DNA of 64,000 bases from Methanomassiliicoccaceae archaeon (lineage in GTDB: Archaea; Thermoplasmatota; Thermoplasmata; Methanomassiliicoccales; UBA472), in assembly GCA_963827135.1 (NCBI GenBank), contig CAWGZX010000003.1:131681-195680 (forward strand), written 5' to 3'. This document shows, in pieces, positions 28,128-38,153 of the stretch. The position numbers and the translations under genes were made by a program. The notes beneath the pieces were generated by a model. It ran no database searches and was not told where the DNA came from. It was given only the letters and a program-made list of their open reading frames with translations. The first letter of the stretch is position 1, and each line of letters begins with the position of its first letter.

Positions 28128-30746
28128 TCACTTCTGTATGGCCACGAGCAAGTCCCCCACCTGCAGGGTCACGACGCTCTTGCCGTGCAAGGTCAGCTGT
28201 TTCTGGACCTCGAAGCAGTCGGCATGGATCTCGACCACGCTGCCATCGTCCAACCGCAAGGGGTATTTCCGGTCCACCGGGCAGACCAGGAACTCCTGTG
28301 GGTTGGCCGATTTGATCTTGGACGTGACCTCCCCTGCCTTGGCCTTGAAGGTCGGGCCTATCTTGGCTGGCAAGGGCTTAAGGGAAACGACCTTCTCCTC
28401 GATATCCCCCGCAAGTGAGATGATCAGTTCCTTGGCCTTGAGGGTCTCCTTCACCTCGCTCTCGCACCCCTCCAGCAGGAGGGCGCTCGGCCCCATTACC
28501 TCCAGGGAGGATATCTCCTCGTTCAAGGCCATCTTGCCCTCTGACTTCCAGTTACGCACGGCAGCTATCACATCGCGAGCGAGCTCGCCCTTCCTCTCCG
28601 CGGTGTCGTCCCAGACGGAGGAGAAGGGCCACTTGGAGACATGGATGGACTTGGCCTTGTCTATCCTGGCGAAGTTCTCTTGGTACACCTCCTCCGTCAC
28701 ATGCGGCAGCAGGGGCGCCAGGAGCTTCATGATCCCAAGGCAGATGGTGTAGAGGGTGAAGCGCACGGCCTCGTCATTAGGGTCCTTAGTCCGGTGCTTG
28801 ACCATCTCGATGTAATGATCAGCGAACTCGTGCCAGGCGAACTGTTCCACCTCGCGCATCACTCGGTCGAACTGGTAGGCGTCGTAGGAGTAGTTTACCG
28901 ACTTGACCAGCTTGGTGAACTTGGAGAGCATCCACTTGTCGACCGGGCGCAGGTCCTCGCGCTGGTAAGGTCTCTTCTTGACCACCGAGCCCACGAACTT
29001 GCCCATGTTGTATAGCTTGGTGCAGAGCTTCTTCCCGTGCACCACGTCCTTCTCGCGGAAGGCGTTGTCCTCGCCCAGGGCGCAGGTGCAGGCGTAATAG
29101 CGCATGGCGTCCGCACCGTAGCTCTGGAGGATGGGCATGGGGTCGATGACGTTGTTCAGGGACGTGTGCATGGGCGTCCCATCGGGGGCCATGATGAAGC
29201 CATGGATCATGATGTCGTTCCAGGGCCTCTCCCCGGTGATGAGGTATTCGCGCAAGATGGTGTAGAACGCCCAAGTGCGGATGATGTCATGAGACTGCGG
29301 GCGCATGGACATGGGGTACATCTTCTTGAACCTGGCCTCATCGCGCATCCAGAAGGTGTTATAGAGCGGAGAGATGGAGGAGTCCATCCAGGTGTCGAAC
29401 ACGTCCTGGCAGGGCCTCAGCTCGCCGCCGCACCTCGGGCATCTATCTAGAGGAGGTTTGGCGATGGTCGGGTCGATGTAGCAGTCCTCCTCCTTCGCGG
29501 GGACGACCTCCCCGCAATCGCACTCCCAGACCGGGATGGGGGTGGCGAAGTACCTCTGCCTCGAGATCACCCAGTCCCACTGCAGCGAGTTGACCCAGTC
29601 CTGAAGGCGGACCTTCATGAACTCCGGGTACCAGTGCAGCTTGTCGGCGATCCTGAGGACCTCCTCCTTGAAGGGCATGGTCTTCATGAACCATTGCGGG
29701 CGGGACAGGTACTCGATGGGCTCGTGGCAGCGCCAGCAGATGCTCACGTTCTGGGGTAGGTCCTCCTGCTTCTCAAGGAGCCCGGCGGCCCCAAGGTCCT
29801 CGATGGTCGCCTTCTTCGCCTCCTTGACCGAGAGCCCCTTGTACTTGCCAGCGTGCTCAGTCATCCTCCCCTGCTCATCGATGGCCTGCTCCAGATCCAG
29901 CTTGTACTTATGCAACCATTCCAAGTCCCCCTTATCCCCGATGGTGCAGATCATCACCACGCCGGTGCCGAACTTGGGATCCACGGCCTCATCGGCCATG
30001 ACCTTCACCTTGCGTCCGTAGAGCGGGGTGGTCAGGTGCTTGCCCACGAGAGCCTTGTACCTCTCGTCGCTGGGATGCACCGCCACCAGCTGGCAGGTGG
30101 AGAACAGCTCCGGCCTGGTGGTGGCGATGAGCACCTGGCCCTTCTCGCCGTCGATCCCGAATTTGACGTAGTTAAGCTTGGTGACGTTGGCATCATACTC
30201 CACCTCGGCGTCCGCCAGGGCGGTGATGCAGCGGGGGCACCAGTTGACCGGGGCGGTGCCCTTGTAGGCCAGACCTTGCTTGAGCATGCGGATGAAGGTG
30301 ATCTGGGTTATGCGTCGGTAATAAGGGGCGTCCGTCTGGTAGTAGATGGAAGGGTCCATGCAGCACCCTAGGGCCTCGAACTGGCTGGTCATCTCGGAGA
30401 TGAAGCCGGCAGCGAACTCCGAGCACATCTTGATGAACTCCTGCCTCGGGACGCTGAGCTTGGTTATGCCGAACTTCTTCTCCACCTTGACCTCGGTCGG
30501 CATGCCGTTGACGTCGAAGCAGAGGGGGAAGAAGACGTTGTAGCCGCGCTGGCGATGGTAGCGGGCGGCGAAGTCGATCAGGGAGTAGCCGGTGGCATGC
30601 CCCAGGTGCAATGATCCGGAGGTGTAACGAGGCGGGTTGTCGACGCTGTAAATCGGAGCTGTGGACTTGGGATCGAAATGGTAGATCTTCCATTCCTTCC
30701 ATTTCTGTTGCCACTTGCGCTCGACGGCTACGTTGTCATAGGACAT
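28128..30746 (-). CDS. valS: Valine--tRNA ligase (archaeal type)
   Basis: NPPRYTSGSLHLGH, DWVISRQRYFATPIP, FDTWMDSS, KMSKS-equivalent PMHTSLNN. Confidence 0.93.
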   Translation of the reverse strand: MSYDNVAVERKWQQKWKEWKIYHFDPKSTAPIYSVDNPPRYTSGSLHLGHATGYSLIDFAARYHRQRGYNVFFPLCFDVNGMPTEVKVEKKFGITKLSVPRQEFIKMCSEFAAGFISEMTSQFEALGCCMDPSIYYQTDAPYYRRITQITFIRMLKQGLAYKGTAPVNWCPRCITALADAEVEYDANVTKLNYVKFGIDGEKGQVLIATTRPELFSTCQLVAVHPSDERYKALVGKHLTTPLYGRKVKVMADEAVDPKFGTGVVMICTIGDKGDLEWLHKYKLDLEQAIDEQGRMTEHAGKYKGLSVKEAKKATIEDLGAAGLLEKQEDLPQNVSICWRCHEPIEYLSRPQWFMKTMPFKEEVLRIADKLHWYPEFMKVRLQDWVNSLQWDWVISRQRYFATPIPVWECDCGEVVPAKEEDCYIDPTIAKPPLDRCPRCGGELRPCQDVFDTWMDSSISPLYNTFWMRDEARFKKMYPMSMRPQSHDIIRTWAFYTILREYLITGERPWNDIMIHGFIMAPDGTPMHTSLNNVIDPMPILQSYGADAMRYYACTCALGEDNAFREKDVVHGKKLCTKLYNMGKFVGSVVKKRPYQREDLRPVDKWMLSKFTKLVKSVNYSYDAYQFDRVMREVEQFAWHEFADHYIEMVKHRTKDPNDEAVRFTLYTICLGIMKLLAPLLPHVTEEVYQENFARIDKAKSIHVSKWPFSSVWDDTAERKGELARDVIAAVRNWKSEGKMALNEEISSLEVMGPSALLLEGCESEVKETLKAKELIISLAGDIEEKVVSLKPLPAKIGPTFKAKAGEVTSKIKSANPQEFLVCPVDRKYPLRLDDGSVVEIHADCFEVQKQLTLHGKSVVTLQVGDLLVAIQK

Positions 30747-30812
30747 GGCGGAAAGGGGAAAGGGGAGCCGGAATAAAAGAATTATGTAAAAGGGGATGGG
30801 AGTCCAGGAGCC

Positions 30813-32024
30813 TTACTGCTCCCTTCTCGACCTCTTCTTCCTGTCCACCCGCTGCTCCTTCATGTCCATGACCTTGGCGTCGAACACGTTCATCAGGTCG
30901 ATGGTGGCCTTGATGAGGGACCAGTCCACGCTGCGGGCGATGAAGGCGCCATGCTCGGTGAACAGCCTGGCGGACAAGGAGTACTTGGCCCGGTTGCCCA
31001 CGGCGTGGTGCTTGGTGACGTGCATGGTGAACAGCTGCGGTCTGGCCACCTTTGCCACCTTGGCCAGTCCATTCTGTATCTCGCGCTCCATCATGTCCAG
31101 GGAGAAGCGGTCCTCCTCCTCGAGGCCGGTGATCTGCATGTAGACCATGTCCCTCTGCCCGAAGGACGCGACGAGCTCGACCAGGTCGTACAAGGTCAGG
31201 ATGCCCACCATCTTGTCCTTCTGGACCACGGGAAGTGCAGAGACCTTCTTCGATGACATGAGCTTGACGGCGTCGTTGAGCGTGGCATCCGGGGCGATGG
31301 TGACTACGGCTCCGCTGGCCAAGGATCCGACCTTGACCTCCACCGGGCTCTTCTCGCCTGATATCTCGCCCTTGGTCTCGCGCCTGCCGCCGTTCCAGTT
31401 GTAGTTCACGATGTCCCTGATGCCCACTATTCCGACCAACGCGCCTTCGTCATCCACCACTGGAAGCGTTCGGATGTCCAGCTTCCTCATGGTATCGACG
31501 GCGTTCCTGACCGGTTCGTCCTCCCTGACGGTCTGGACCTGTCCGGTCATGATCTGCTGGACCTTGATGGACTTCAGGTCCCTGATCTTGGGGATGATGC
31601 TGGTGATGTCCGCCCTGGACACCATGCCGACGATCTTGTTGCCCTTGACCACCGGCATCTGCCTGTACCCGGTGGAGAGGAACTGCTCCGCCACCTTGGT
31701 GATGACGGTGTCTGGCGAGACATCTGGCGGGAGGTCCATGGCCGACCTGACCTTGGTCCCGATGACCAGGTTCTTGCGCCTGATGATGGACCTGTAGCTG
31801 ATGACTCCGAGGAGCTTCTTCCCGTTCTCGGTGACAGGCATCTCATGGAGGTTCTTGGCGCGCATCTTCGCCACGACGTCGGTCAAGCCCATATCGGGGT
31901 CCACGGTCTCGAACTTCTCATCCATAAGGCCCTCCAGGCCGATGGAGTCGATCTGCGAGCGCAGGAGTTCTCTCTTCTTCATTGCCTCGATGTTCTCTCC
32001 CATCATGTCCATCATGCTCCTCAA
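30813..32024 (-). CDS. Four-CBS-domain protein with C-terminal HPF/RaiA-like domain (putative ribosome hibernation factor)
   Basis: Four CBS repeats, then QITGL...LAKVAK...FTMHVTK...YSLSARL...G.FIA..DWSL..A.D...K.basic tail, the HPF beta-alpha-beta-beta-beta-alpha pattern. Confidence 0.75.
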   Translation of the reverse strand: MRSMMDMMGENIEAMKKRELLRSQIDSIGLEGLMDEKFETVDPDMGLTDVVAKMRAKNLHEMPVTENGKKLLGVISYRSIIRRKNLVIGTKVRSAMDLPPDVSPDTVITKVAEQFLSTGYRQMPVVKGNKIVGMVSRADITSIIPKIRDLKSIKVQQIMTGQVQTVREDEPVRNAVDTMRKLDIRTLPVVDDEGALVGIVGIRDIVNYNWNGGRRETKGEISGEKSPVEVKVGSLASGAVVTIAPDATLNDAVKLMSSKKVSALPVVQKDKMVGILTLYDLVELVASFGQRDMVYMQITGLEEEDRFSLDMMEREIQNGLAKVAKVARPQLFTMHVTKHHAVGNRAKYSLSARLFTEHGAFIARSVDWSLIKATIDLMNVFDAKVMDMKEQRVDRKKRSRREQ

Positions 32025-32106
32025 ACTTGATCAGCGTGCATCCGATGCTTGCTTCGGCACCATCTCGACATAGCGTCCCTATTTATATGCTTTCCATCCT
32101 GGAGGC

Positions 32107-33822
32107 TCATTTGGCCTTCAGCGAGACGAAGTCCATGGCGCCGCAGAGCAGCGCCGTCAACGTGGGCACGACCTCGTCCTTGCGCACCCTCACCTGCTCC
32201 GTGGAGTCCCTTTCCCTTATAGTCACGGTGCCGTCCTCCAAGGTCTGGTAGTCAACGGTTATGCAATAGGGGGTGCCGATCTCGTCCATCCGGGCGTACC
32301 TGCGCCCTATGGAACCGGAGTCATCGAAGCTGGTGATGACCCCGTTCATCCTCAGCATCCAGTCTAGTTCACCGGCGGGGGTGAGCAGCTCCTCCTTGCC
32401 CATGAGCGGGAACACGCCCACCTTGACCGGCGCGGAAATGGGGCTGAGGCGCATGACTATGTAATTGCCCTCCCTGTCCTGCTTCTCCGTGTATGCGTGC
32501 TCCAAGCAGGTGTACATTATCCTGTCCAGCCCGTGCGAGGGCTCGATGACATGGGGTACCATCCTCTCCCCGGAGACCTTCTCCTTCACCCTCACGACAT
32601 CGAAGTACTTGCGGTCCACTTTGACGGGGGCGCCATCCACCATCACCATGATGTGGTCGCCCTTGACTTCCTTGGGGTCCGCGGCCTCGAGGGCGTTGCC
32701 GACCAGCTTGGCCTTGGCCTTGAACTCTGGCCCCATAAGGTTGAACTTGGGCTTGAGCGCGTCCCTCTCCACTTCCACCGGGTTTTCGAACTTCCTCAGC
32801 ACCGACATGTCGACCTTGCTGAACTCGATGTGGCGGGATAGGTCCCAGCAGCCTCGGTCAGCCACGCCCACGATCTCGGTCCATCCGAAGGAGAGCAAGG
32901 CCTCCGCGTCCCAGCAGTCGGCCGCATAGTGGGCCATCTCGTTCTTGAGGTGCTGGCGGAAGCGCAGGCGCTCCGGGTCCACGCCGACCATGATCAAGAA
33001 CCTCTGGGTGAACCAGAGGAAGTAGGCCAGGGTCTCGTTGGCGATGACCCTCTGCTCCACCGCCTCCTCCAGGCTGAGGGTGATCTCCTTGTCCCCGGGC
33101 TCATTGGGCACCAGGCGGAGGGTCTCATGCCTGACGTTCCTGAAGCGGGGCCAGGTCTTGTCGTTGGGGTCCACGAACAGCTCCGCCTCCATCATGTTGA
33201 ACTCACGCAGGCGGATGACGCCCTGCCTCGGCGAGATCTCGTTACGGTAGCCGCGCCCGACCTGGATGACCCCGAAGGGCAGGCGCTCGCGCATGTAGCG
33301 CAGCAGCGAATTGAAATTGACGAATATGCCCTGCGCCGTCTCCGGGCGAAGGTAGCCCACCCGTCCGGCCGATCCCGGGCCGATGACGGTCTTGAACATC
33401 AAGTTGAACTCCTCGGACTTGGAGAGCTCGCCCTGGCAGTCGGGGCATTTGACGCCGTGCTTGGCGATCTCCGCGTCCAGCTCCTCGAAGCCGAGGCCGC
33501 CGGGGTTGGGGTGCTTGTCCTTGAGCAGATGGTCCGCGCGGAAAGGCGTCTTGCAGGAGGTGCAGGTCACGAGCTTGTCCGCGAACTGGTCCACGTGCCC
33601 GGAGGCCTTGAACACCGCCTCGGGGCCGATGGTGTCGGAGTCGATCTCCACGAAGCCCTCTCCCAGGGTGTAGGCCCGGCGCCATGCCTCGATGATGTTG
33701 TTCTTCATTGCCGCGCCGAGTGGCCCATAGTCGTAGAGTCCAGCTATCCCGCCGTAGATCTCATACGATGGCCAGATAAAGCCCCTGCGCTTGCACAGGG
33801 AGAGTACGTCCGCCGAGTTCAT
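32107..33822 (-). CDS. glyS: Glycine--tRNA ligase (archaeal/eukaryotic alpha2 type)
   Basis: RRGF..SYEIYGG...DYGPLG, LRPETAQG, RNEISPRQG..RLREF, EMAHYA.DCWDAE, VIEPS, SIGRRYAR.DEIGTP. Confidence 0.96.
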   Translation of the reverse strand: MNSADVLSLCKRRGFIWPSYEIYGGIAGLYDYGPLGAAMKNNIIEAWRRAYTLGEGFVEIDSDTIGPEAVFKASGHVDQFADKLVTCTSCKTPFRADHLLKDKHPNPGGLGFEELDAEIAKHGVKCPDCQGELSKSEEFNLMFKTVIGPGSAGRVGYLRPETAQGIFVNFNSLLRYMRERLPFGVIQVGRGYRNEISPRQGVIRLREFNMMEAELFVDPNDKTWPRFRNVRHETLRLVPNEPGDKEITLSLEEAVEQRVIANETLAYFLWFTQRFLIMVGVDPERLRFRQHLKNEMAHYAADCWDAEALLSFGWTEIVGVADRGCWDLSRHIEFSKVDMSVLRKFENPVEVERDALKPKFNLMGPEFKAKAKLVGNALEAADPKEVKGDHIMVMVDGAPVKVDRKYFDVVRVKEKVSGERMVPHVIEPSHGLDRIMYTCLEHAYTEKQDREGNYIVMRLSPISAPVKVGVFPLMGKEELLTPAGELDWMLRMNGVITSFDDSGSIGRRYARMDEIGTPYCITVDYQTLEDGTVTIRERDSTEQVRVRKDEVVPTLTALLCGAMDFVSLKAK

Positions 33823-33824
33823 TC

Positions 33825-34673
33825 CTATTCACCGGTGAGCACCGAGATTATGTCCAGGTCGTAGATCATCGCCAGGAGGTTGTCCTTGGCGTCCCGAACT
33901 GGCAACTGCCCGAAGTCGTTCTTCCTCATTACCCTTGCGGCCTCGGACACGGTGGTCTTGCGGAAGACGGTGGTGGGGGACCGGACCATGACGTCCTTGA
34001 CCGCGGCCCCGGGAAGTTCGAGCTTAGAGACCTCGTACCACAGGTTCATGACGCTGCGCATGCCCTCCCAGCTCCATTCGTCCTCGTCCTTGCCCATCCC
34101 CAGCTCGGTCTTGGCCACTTTACCGTTGACGACAGTGGTGTTGAAGATGTCCCGGTCGGTAAGGATCCCGACCAGCCTTCCATGCTCGTCCAGGACCGGA
34201 AGCGCGGAGATCCGGCTGACCTTCAGGGTGACCAGGGCCACGATGAGAGGCGCTTCCTCGAAGACCGGTACGCAGGTGGACTTGACGACGCTCTCCACAG
34301 GTTCTTTGAAGCCCGCCTTCTCCACCACGCCCAATAGGTCCGTGGGGGTCAGGATGCCTACCAGGCGGTCCCTGTCCACCACTGGCAGATGGCGCACGCC
34401 GCCCGTGCAGAAGATGTTGGCCGCCCTCTCCACGTGGTCCCTGGAGCTGATGGTGGGCGGGTCTCGGTTCATGAGCATGGCCAACTGGTCCTCGTCCGGC
34501 TTGTTGAAGATGTCCTGCCGGGTTATCAGCCCGGTGAGCGTGCCGTCGGTCCTCTTGACCACCGGCAGCCCAGTGATGTTGTGCTTGATCATCAGCTTGA
34601 GGACGTCGGTCCTGCTCCCTGGGACCTGCGCCACGATTGGATTGGGGGTCATCACCTCGGCGATGTTGGTCAA
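33825..34673 (-). CDS. CBS domain protein (two Bateman modules)
   Basis: Four CBS repeats (GLPVV, HLPVV, ALPVL, QLPVR). Confidence 0.88.
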   Translation of the reverse strand: MTNIAEVMTPNPIVAQVPGSRTDVLKLMIKHNITGLPVVKRTDGTLTGLITRQDIFNKPDEDQLAMLMNRDPPTISSRDHVERAANIFCTGGVRHLPVVDRDRLVGILTPTDLLGVVEKAGFKEPVESVVKSTCVPVFEEAPLIVALVTLKVSRISALPVLDEHGRLVGILTDRDIFNTTVVNGKVAKTELGMGKDEDEWSWEGMRSVMNLWYEVSKLELPGAAVKDVMVRSPTTVFRKTTVSEAARVMRKNDFGQLPVRDAKDNLLAMIYDLDIISVLTGE

Positions 34674-35116
34674 TTGCTCGCCTCCTTGGTCGCCCTTACC
34701 ACCAGCACCGGGCAGTCAGCGAACCGGACCACCCGTTCCGCCACGCTCCCCAGCAATATCTTGGAAATGCCCGTGCGTCCCAGCGTGCCCATTACCACCA
34801 GGTCGTGCATCTTGGAGGCGTCCACTATCTTCCTCGCCGGGGACCCCTCCTCCACCTTGGTGGTGACCTTCACGCCTAGCTTGGCGCCTTCGGACTTGAC
34901 GAACTCCACCGCCTCCTTACCCTCCTTCTCCAGCAACGAATACACGGAGACGATGGTTGAGTCCATAGGGAAGTTGATGAATGATGTCTGGTCCACGACG
35001 TAGAGCGCGGTGACCTCCGCGTCCATGATCTTGGCCATCTCCAGGCCTTTTACTATCGCTTCCTTGGTGTTGTCGCTTCCGTCGGTAGGTATCAGGATCT
35101 TCTTGAAGAGTGTCAT
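34670..35116 (-). CDS. Universal stress protein (UspA family)
   Basis: KKILIPTDGS, VMGTLGRTG..LLGSVAERVVR...PVLVV ATP-binding USP motif. Confidence 0.93.
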   Translation of the reverse strand: MTLFKKILIPTDGSDNTKEAIVKGLEMAKIMDAEVTALYVVDQTSFINFPMDSTIVSVYSLLEKEGKEAVEFVKSEGAKLGVKVTTKVEEGSPARKIVDASKMHDLVVMGTLGRTGISKILLGSVAERVVRFADCPVLVVRATKEASN

Positions 35117-36183
35117 GCTCCTCCCCTCCATTCTTCCCTGCCCAGGCAGACCATGAGCGGGTCAGCGGAGCTGCCTCGCAGCACCAGGTCCGTGGTCGGA
35201 TCGCCCCCGTGCGACTTCATCACCATGAAATCGCAGGGCTCTCCAGGCTCCATAGCTATTGTGGCTCGCTCCCTTAATAATTTCTTGCCATTCTCGTTCG
35301 CCATGCTCAGCACTGGGGAAACGTCCATGACGCCCTGCTGCCGTAGCAGGCGCGCCGCGCTCTCCATCTCCGCCAGCATGTCGGGCAGGGTGAACATGGC
35401 GTTGTCCGTCCCCAAAGCTACGGTGGCGCCCGCACGCAGCATCTTGGCGAGCGGGGATGCCCCGCCGAAGAAGCAGTTGGACCGGGGGCAGGACACGATC
35501 GGCACCCGCTGCTCTGCGCAGGCCTCAAGGTCCGATTCCCGGGCCATGGTCATATGCACCACGAAGCTTGGCCTAAGGTCCAGCACCTTGTCGATGTCCT
35601 CGCGGACCCTCTCCGAGGCATGGATGGCGAAAGGCCTCCCTTTGCCGTGAACAAACCTAGCCAGATCGGAAAGCTCCCCATAGTCCCAATCGCTGATGCT
35701 GGAGATGCCTATGCCGTCGGCATGCTCGAGCACCGCCTCCACCTCCTCGCGGTCGAAGCGGAGATCGAGGGGCCGCCCCATGACGAAGGGCTTCGGCCAC
35801 CCCTTCTGCTTCTTCAAAGCCATCGCCCCCTTCACCCCTCCCTCGCGGAAGTCAACGAAGCGCGAGCAGCCCCTGCGCAGCATGATGGAGCGAGCGGCCT
35901 GGAAGGCCTTCTTCAGCTCTTTCTCGGATACGAGATGAAGCATCCGGTGCTTGAGCCCGTCCGGGGGCGCCACCAGCTCCTCCAGGGAGAGCGAGAGGTC
36001 CACCGGGACCAAGTAGTCGGCGATGTGGGTATGGGCGTTGGTCAAGGTCGGGAGGACGATCCCGCTTACCTCGCTGCCGGCGACATCCCCTTCCGCCACC
36101 TCCATCACGACCCCGTCCTCGAAGCCGACGTGACCGTCTATGAACCCCTCCTCGGTCAGGACCTTTCCGGATACGTAGCGCAT
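35113..36183 (-). CDS. Amidohydrolase/deaminase family protein
   Basis: NAHTH, IHASE, VHMT, CPRSN, LGTDN; start MRYVSGKV at 36183. Confidence 0.85.
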   Translation of the reverse strand: MRYVSGKVLTEEGFIDGHVGFEDGVVMEVAEGDVAGSEVSGIVLPTLTNAHTHIADYLVPVDLSLSLEELVAPPDGLKHRMLHLVSEKELKKAFQAARSIMLRRGCSRFVDFREGGVKGAMALKKQKGWPKPFVMGRPLDLRFDREEVEAVLEHADGIGISSISDWDYGELSDLARFVHGKGRPFAIHASERVREDIDKVLDLRPSFVVHMTMARESDLEACAEQRVPIVSCPRSNCFFGGASPLAKMLRAGATVALGTDNAMFTLPDMLAEMESAARLLRQQGVMDVSPVLSMANENGKKLLRERATIAMEPGEPCDFMVMKSHGGDPTTDLVLRGSSADPLMVCLGREEWRGGA

Positions 36184-36283
36184 CGCCCCTTCATATCCTA
36201 CCCAATACTTCAAAAATGTCATCATGCCCAGTGGAAGGATTTTTATAAGACATCCAATCTCAGGGGCGCAAGAGGTTATGCCT

Positions 36284-36457
36284 ATGGTCGCAAAAGTGAA
36301 AGCTGAGGACTGCGTCGGATGCGGTCTTTGCGAGGATGCCTGCCCGAGCGCTTCCATCAAGGTGGACGATATCGCGGTCGTCGACGCCCAGACCTGCACG
36401 AACTGCGGTACCTGTGCTGACGAGTGCCCCAACGACGCCATCATCGTCGACAAGTGA
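36284..36457 (+). CDS. 2[4Fe-4S] ferredoxin
   Basis: CVGCGLCEDACP and CTNCGTCADECP; tttataa TATA-like box near 36242 and GAGGT RBS upstream. Confidence 0.92.
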   Translation: MVAKVKAEDCVGCGLCEDACPSASIKVDDIAVVDAQTCTNCGTCADECPNDAIIVDK

Positions 36458-36481
36458 TTTTCCGATCTTTCCGGTCATATG

Positions 36482-36497
36482 GGGGCTCGAAGCCCCT
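36482..36497. terminator. Short GC hairpin between convergent ferredoxin and oxidoreductase genes
   Basis: ggggct-cga-agcccc. Confidence 0.35.
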
Positions 36498-36546
36498 GAT
36501 CTCAAATTTTCTCTGGATTCATGGCATTCGAAGGATCATCTTGATC

Positions 36547-37497
36547 TCAGGCCCAATATGGCTTGTTGATGTACTTGTGGGCGGAGTTGGCGGCGGTAGC
36601 GCCCTCCCCGCAGCCTGTGACGATCTGCCGATACTTGCCTGGATAAGTCACGATGTCCCCGCAGGCGAAGACCCCCTTGCGCGAAGTGCGCATCTCCGTG
36701 TCCACCTTGACCAGCCCGTCGTCCATGGCCAGCCCCCACCTGTCCAGGTCGCTGGTGTCGGGAGCGGAGCCGATGTTGATGATCACGTAGTCGGCAGGGA
36801 TCTCCTTGCGCGTTCCATCCGCCAGCTTCAGCGCCAGGCTCCTGACCTGGGTGTCGCCCTTGATCTCCTCGACCTCAGAAGACAGGAAGGTGTCCACGCC
36901 GGAGGCGTGTATCCTCTCCACATAGACGCTGTCGGCGCGGAACTGGTCCCTGCGATGCACCACGCATACGTCATCCGTGACCTCGCAGGCGAGGAGAGCC
37001 ATCTCCAAGGCGCTGTTACCGCCTCCGATGAAAACGACACTCTTGCCGGCCAGCTGTCGTCGCGGTGGAAGCTTGTAGGACACCCCCCTGTTCTCGAATT
37101 CCACCTCGCCCTTCGCTCCCAACCGTTTGGGCTTGTACAGGCCGGCGCCTATGGCCACGATCACCGCCTTAACGGTATATTCGTCCTTATCGGTGATGAT
37201 CATCAGGCTATCGTTCACATCCTTGATCTCCAACGCCCTCTCATTGTTGTGCACGTTGCAGCCGACCGCGAGCGCGTGGGAGATGAGCAGGTTGACCAAC
37301 TCCTTGGCCTCGAGCACCACCATGCCAGGATAATTCTCGATGGGCTTGTCCGGGTAGATGTTGGTGAGCTGGCCACCCGATTCTCCCGCCTCGATGAGCG
37401 CGCAGTTGAGGTTGCGCGATGCGGCATAGATGCCAGCGGTCAGCCCGGCAGGGCCGCCCCCGATGACGACCAGGTCCAGCTCCATCGCGCGCTCCAT
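36547..37497 (-). CDS. TrxR-fold FAD/NAD(P)H oxidoreductase, probably ferredoxin-NADP+ reductase type
   Basis: GGGPAG, GGQLTNIYPDK, GGGNSA, HRRDQFR (NADPH), FACGD; redox CxxC absent (GVSYKLPP). Confidence 0.8.
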   Translation of the reverse strand: MERAMELDLVVIGGGPAGLTAGIYAASRNLNCALIEAGESGGQLTNIYPDKPIENYPGMVVLEAKELVNLLISHALAVGCNVHNNERALEIKDVNDSLMIITDKDEYTVKAVIVAIGAGLYKPKRLGAKGEVEFENRGVSYKLPPRRQLAGKSVVFIGGGNSALEMALLACEVTDDVCVVHRRDQFRADSVYVERIHASGVDTFLSSEVEEIKGDTQVRSLALKLADGTRKEIPADYVIINIGSAPDTSDLDRWGLAMDDGLVKVDTEMRTSRKGVFACGDIVTYPGKYRQIVTGCGEGATAANSAHKYINKPYWA

Positions 37498-37595
37498 CGC
37501 TCATCGTGTATGCCACCGCCCATTAAATAAATGTCGAGGTGCCAGAGCCCCTGGGGCGGCGAAGGATTATATGCCATGCCAGCAGTGTGAAGCTC

Positions 37596-38153
37596 ATGCC
37601 TACCTTCCGTGCCTTCATCGCCGTTGACCTCGCTCCCTTGCCGTCATTGGAGCCTTTCCTGAGAGACCTCGCAAGGGTGAAGGGCCTGAAGCCAGTAGAG
37701 CCTCATGCGCTGCACGTCACCCTAAAGTTCCTCGGCGACGTCGAGGAGGCTCTCGTAGGGAGCATAGGTAAGGCCATCGAAGGCTCATGCCAGGGCATCG
37801 CCCCCTTCCAGGTCGAGGTCACGGGCTCGGGGACGTTCCCTCCGAAGGGCGGAGCTAGGGTGGTATGGGCTGGGCTGAAGGGCGCCGAGCCAATGGCGAC
37901 GATCGCCGCTCGACTGGAGAGTTCGCTCGAGCCCCTGGGGTTCGCGCCCGAGGGCAGAGGGTTCAAGCCCCATCTTACGCTGGCCCGGGTGAAGGACGCG
38001 TCCGCCTCGAACCAGGCACGCGCCATCGCCATGGATTACGAGGCTTCGGCCTTCGGATCCAAAATGGTCGATGAGGTGCTGCTGAAAAAGAGCGTGCTCC
38101 GACCTCAGGGGCCAGAGTATTCGACCGTGATGTCCGTCCAGCTTCAGGGCTAA
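37596..38153 (+). CDS. thpR: RNA 2',3'-cyclic phosphodiesterase (2H family)
   Basis: RAFIAV, HVTLKFLG, ARVVWAG, PHLTLAR, GPEY. Confidence 0.9.
   Translation: MPTFRAFIAVDLAPLPSLEPFLRDLARVKGLKPVEPHALHVTLKFLGDVEEALVGSIGKAIEGSCQGIAPFQVEVTGSGTFPPKGGARVVWAGLKGAEPMATIAARLESSLEPLGFAPEGRGFKPHLTLARVKDASASNQARAIAMDYEASAFGSKMVDEVLLKKSVLRPQGPEYSTVMSVQLQG

Noticed and set aside
27449-28418. ORFs 27449..27655 and 27984..28418
   Set aside because: No motifs; they overlap the att-like scar, tRNA-Gly or the antisense strand of valS
36184-36453. N-terminal 90-aa extension of the amidohydrolase ORF (35113..36453)
   Set aside because: It is the antisense of the ferredoxin and its promoter; the real start is 36183
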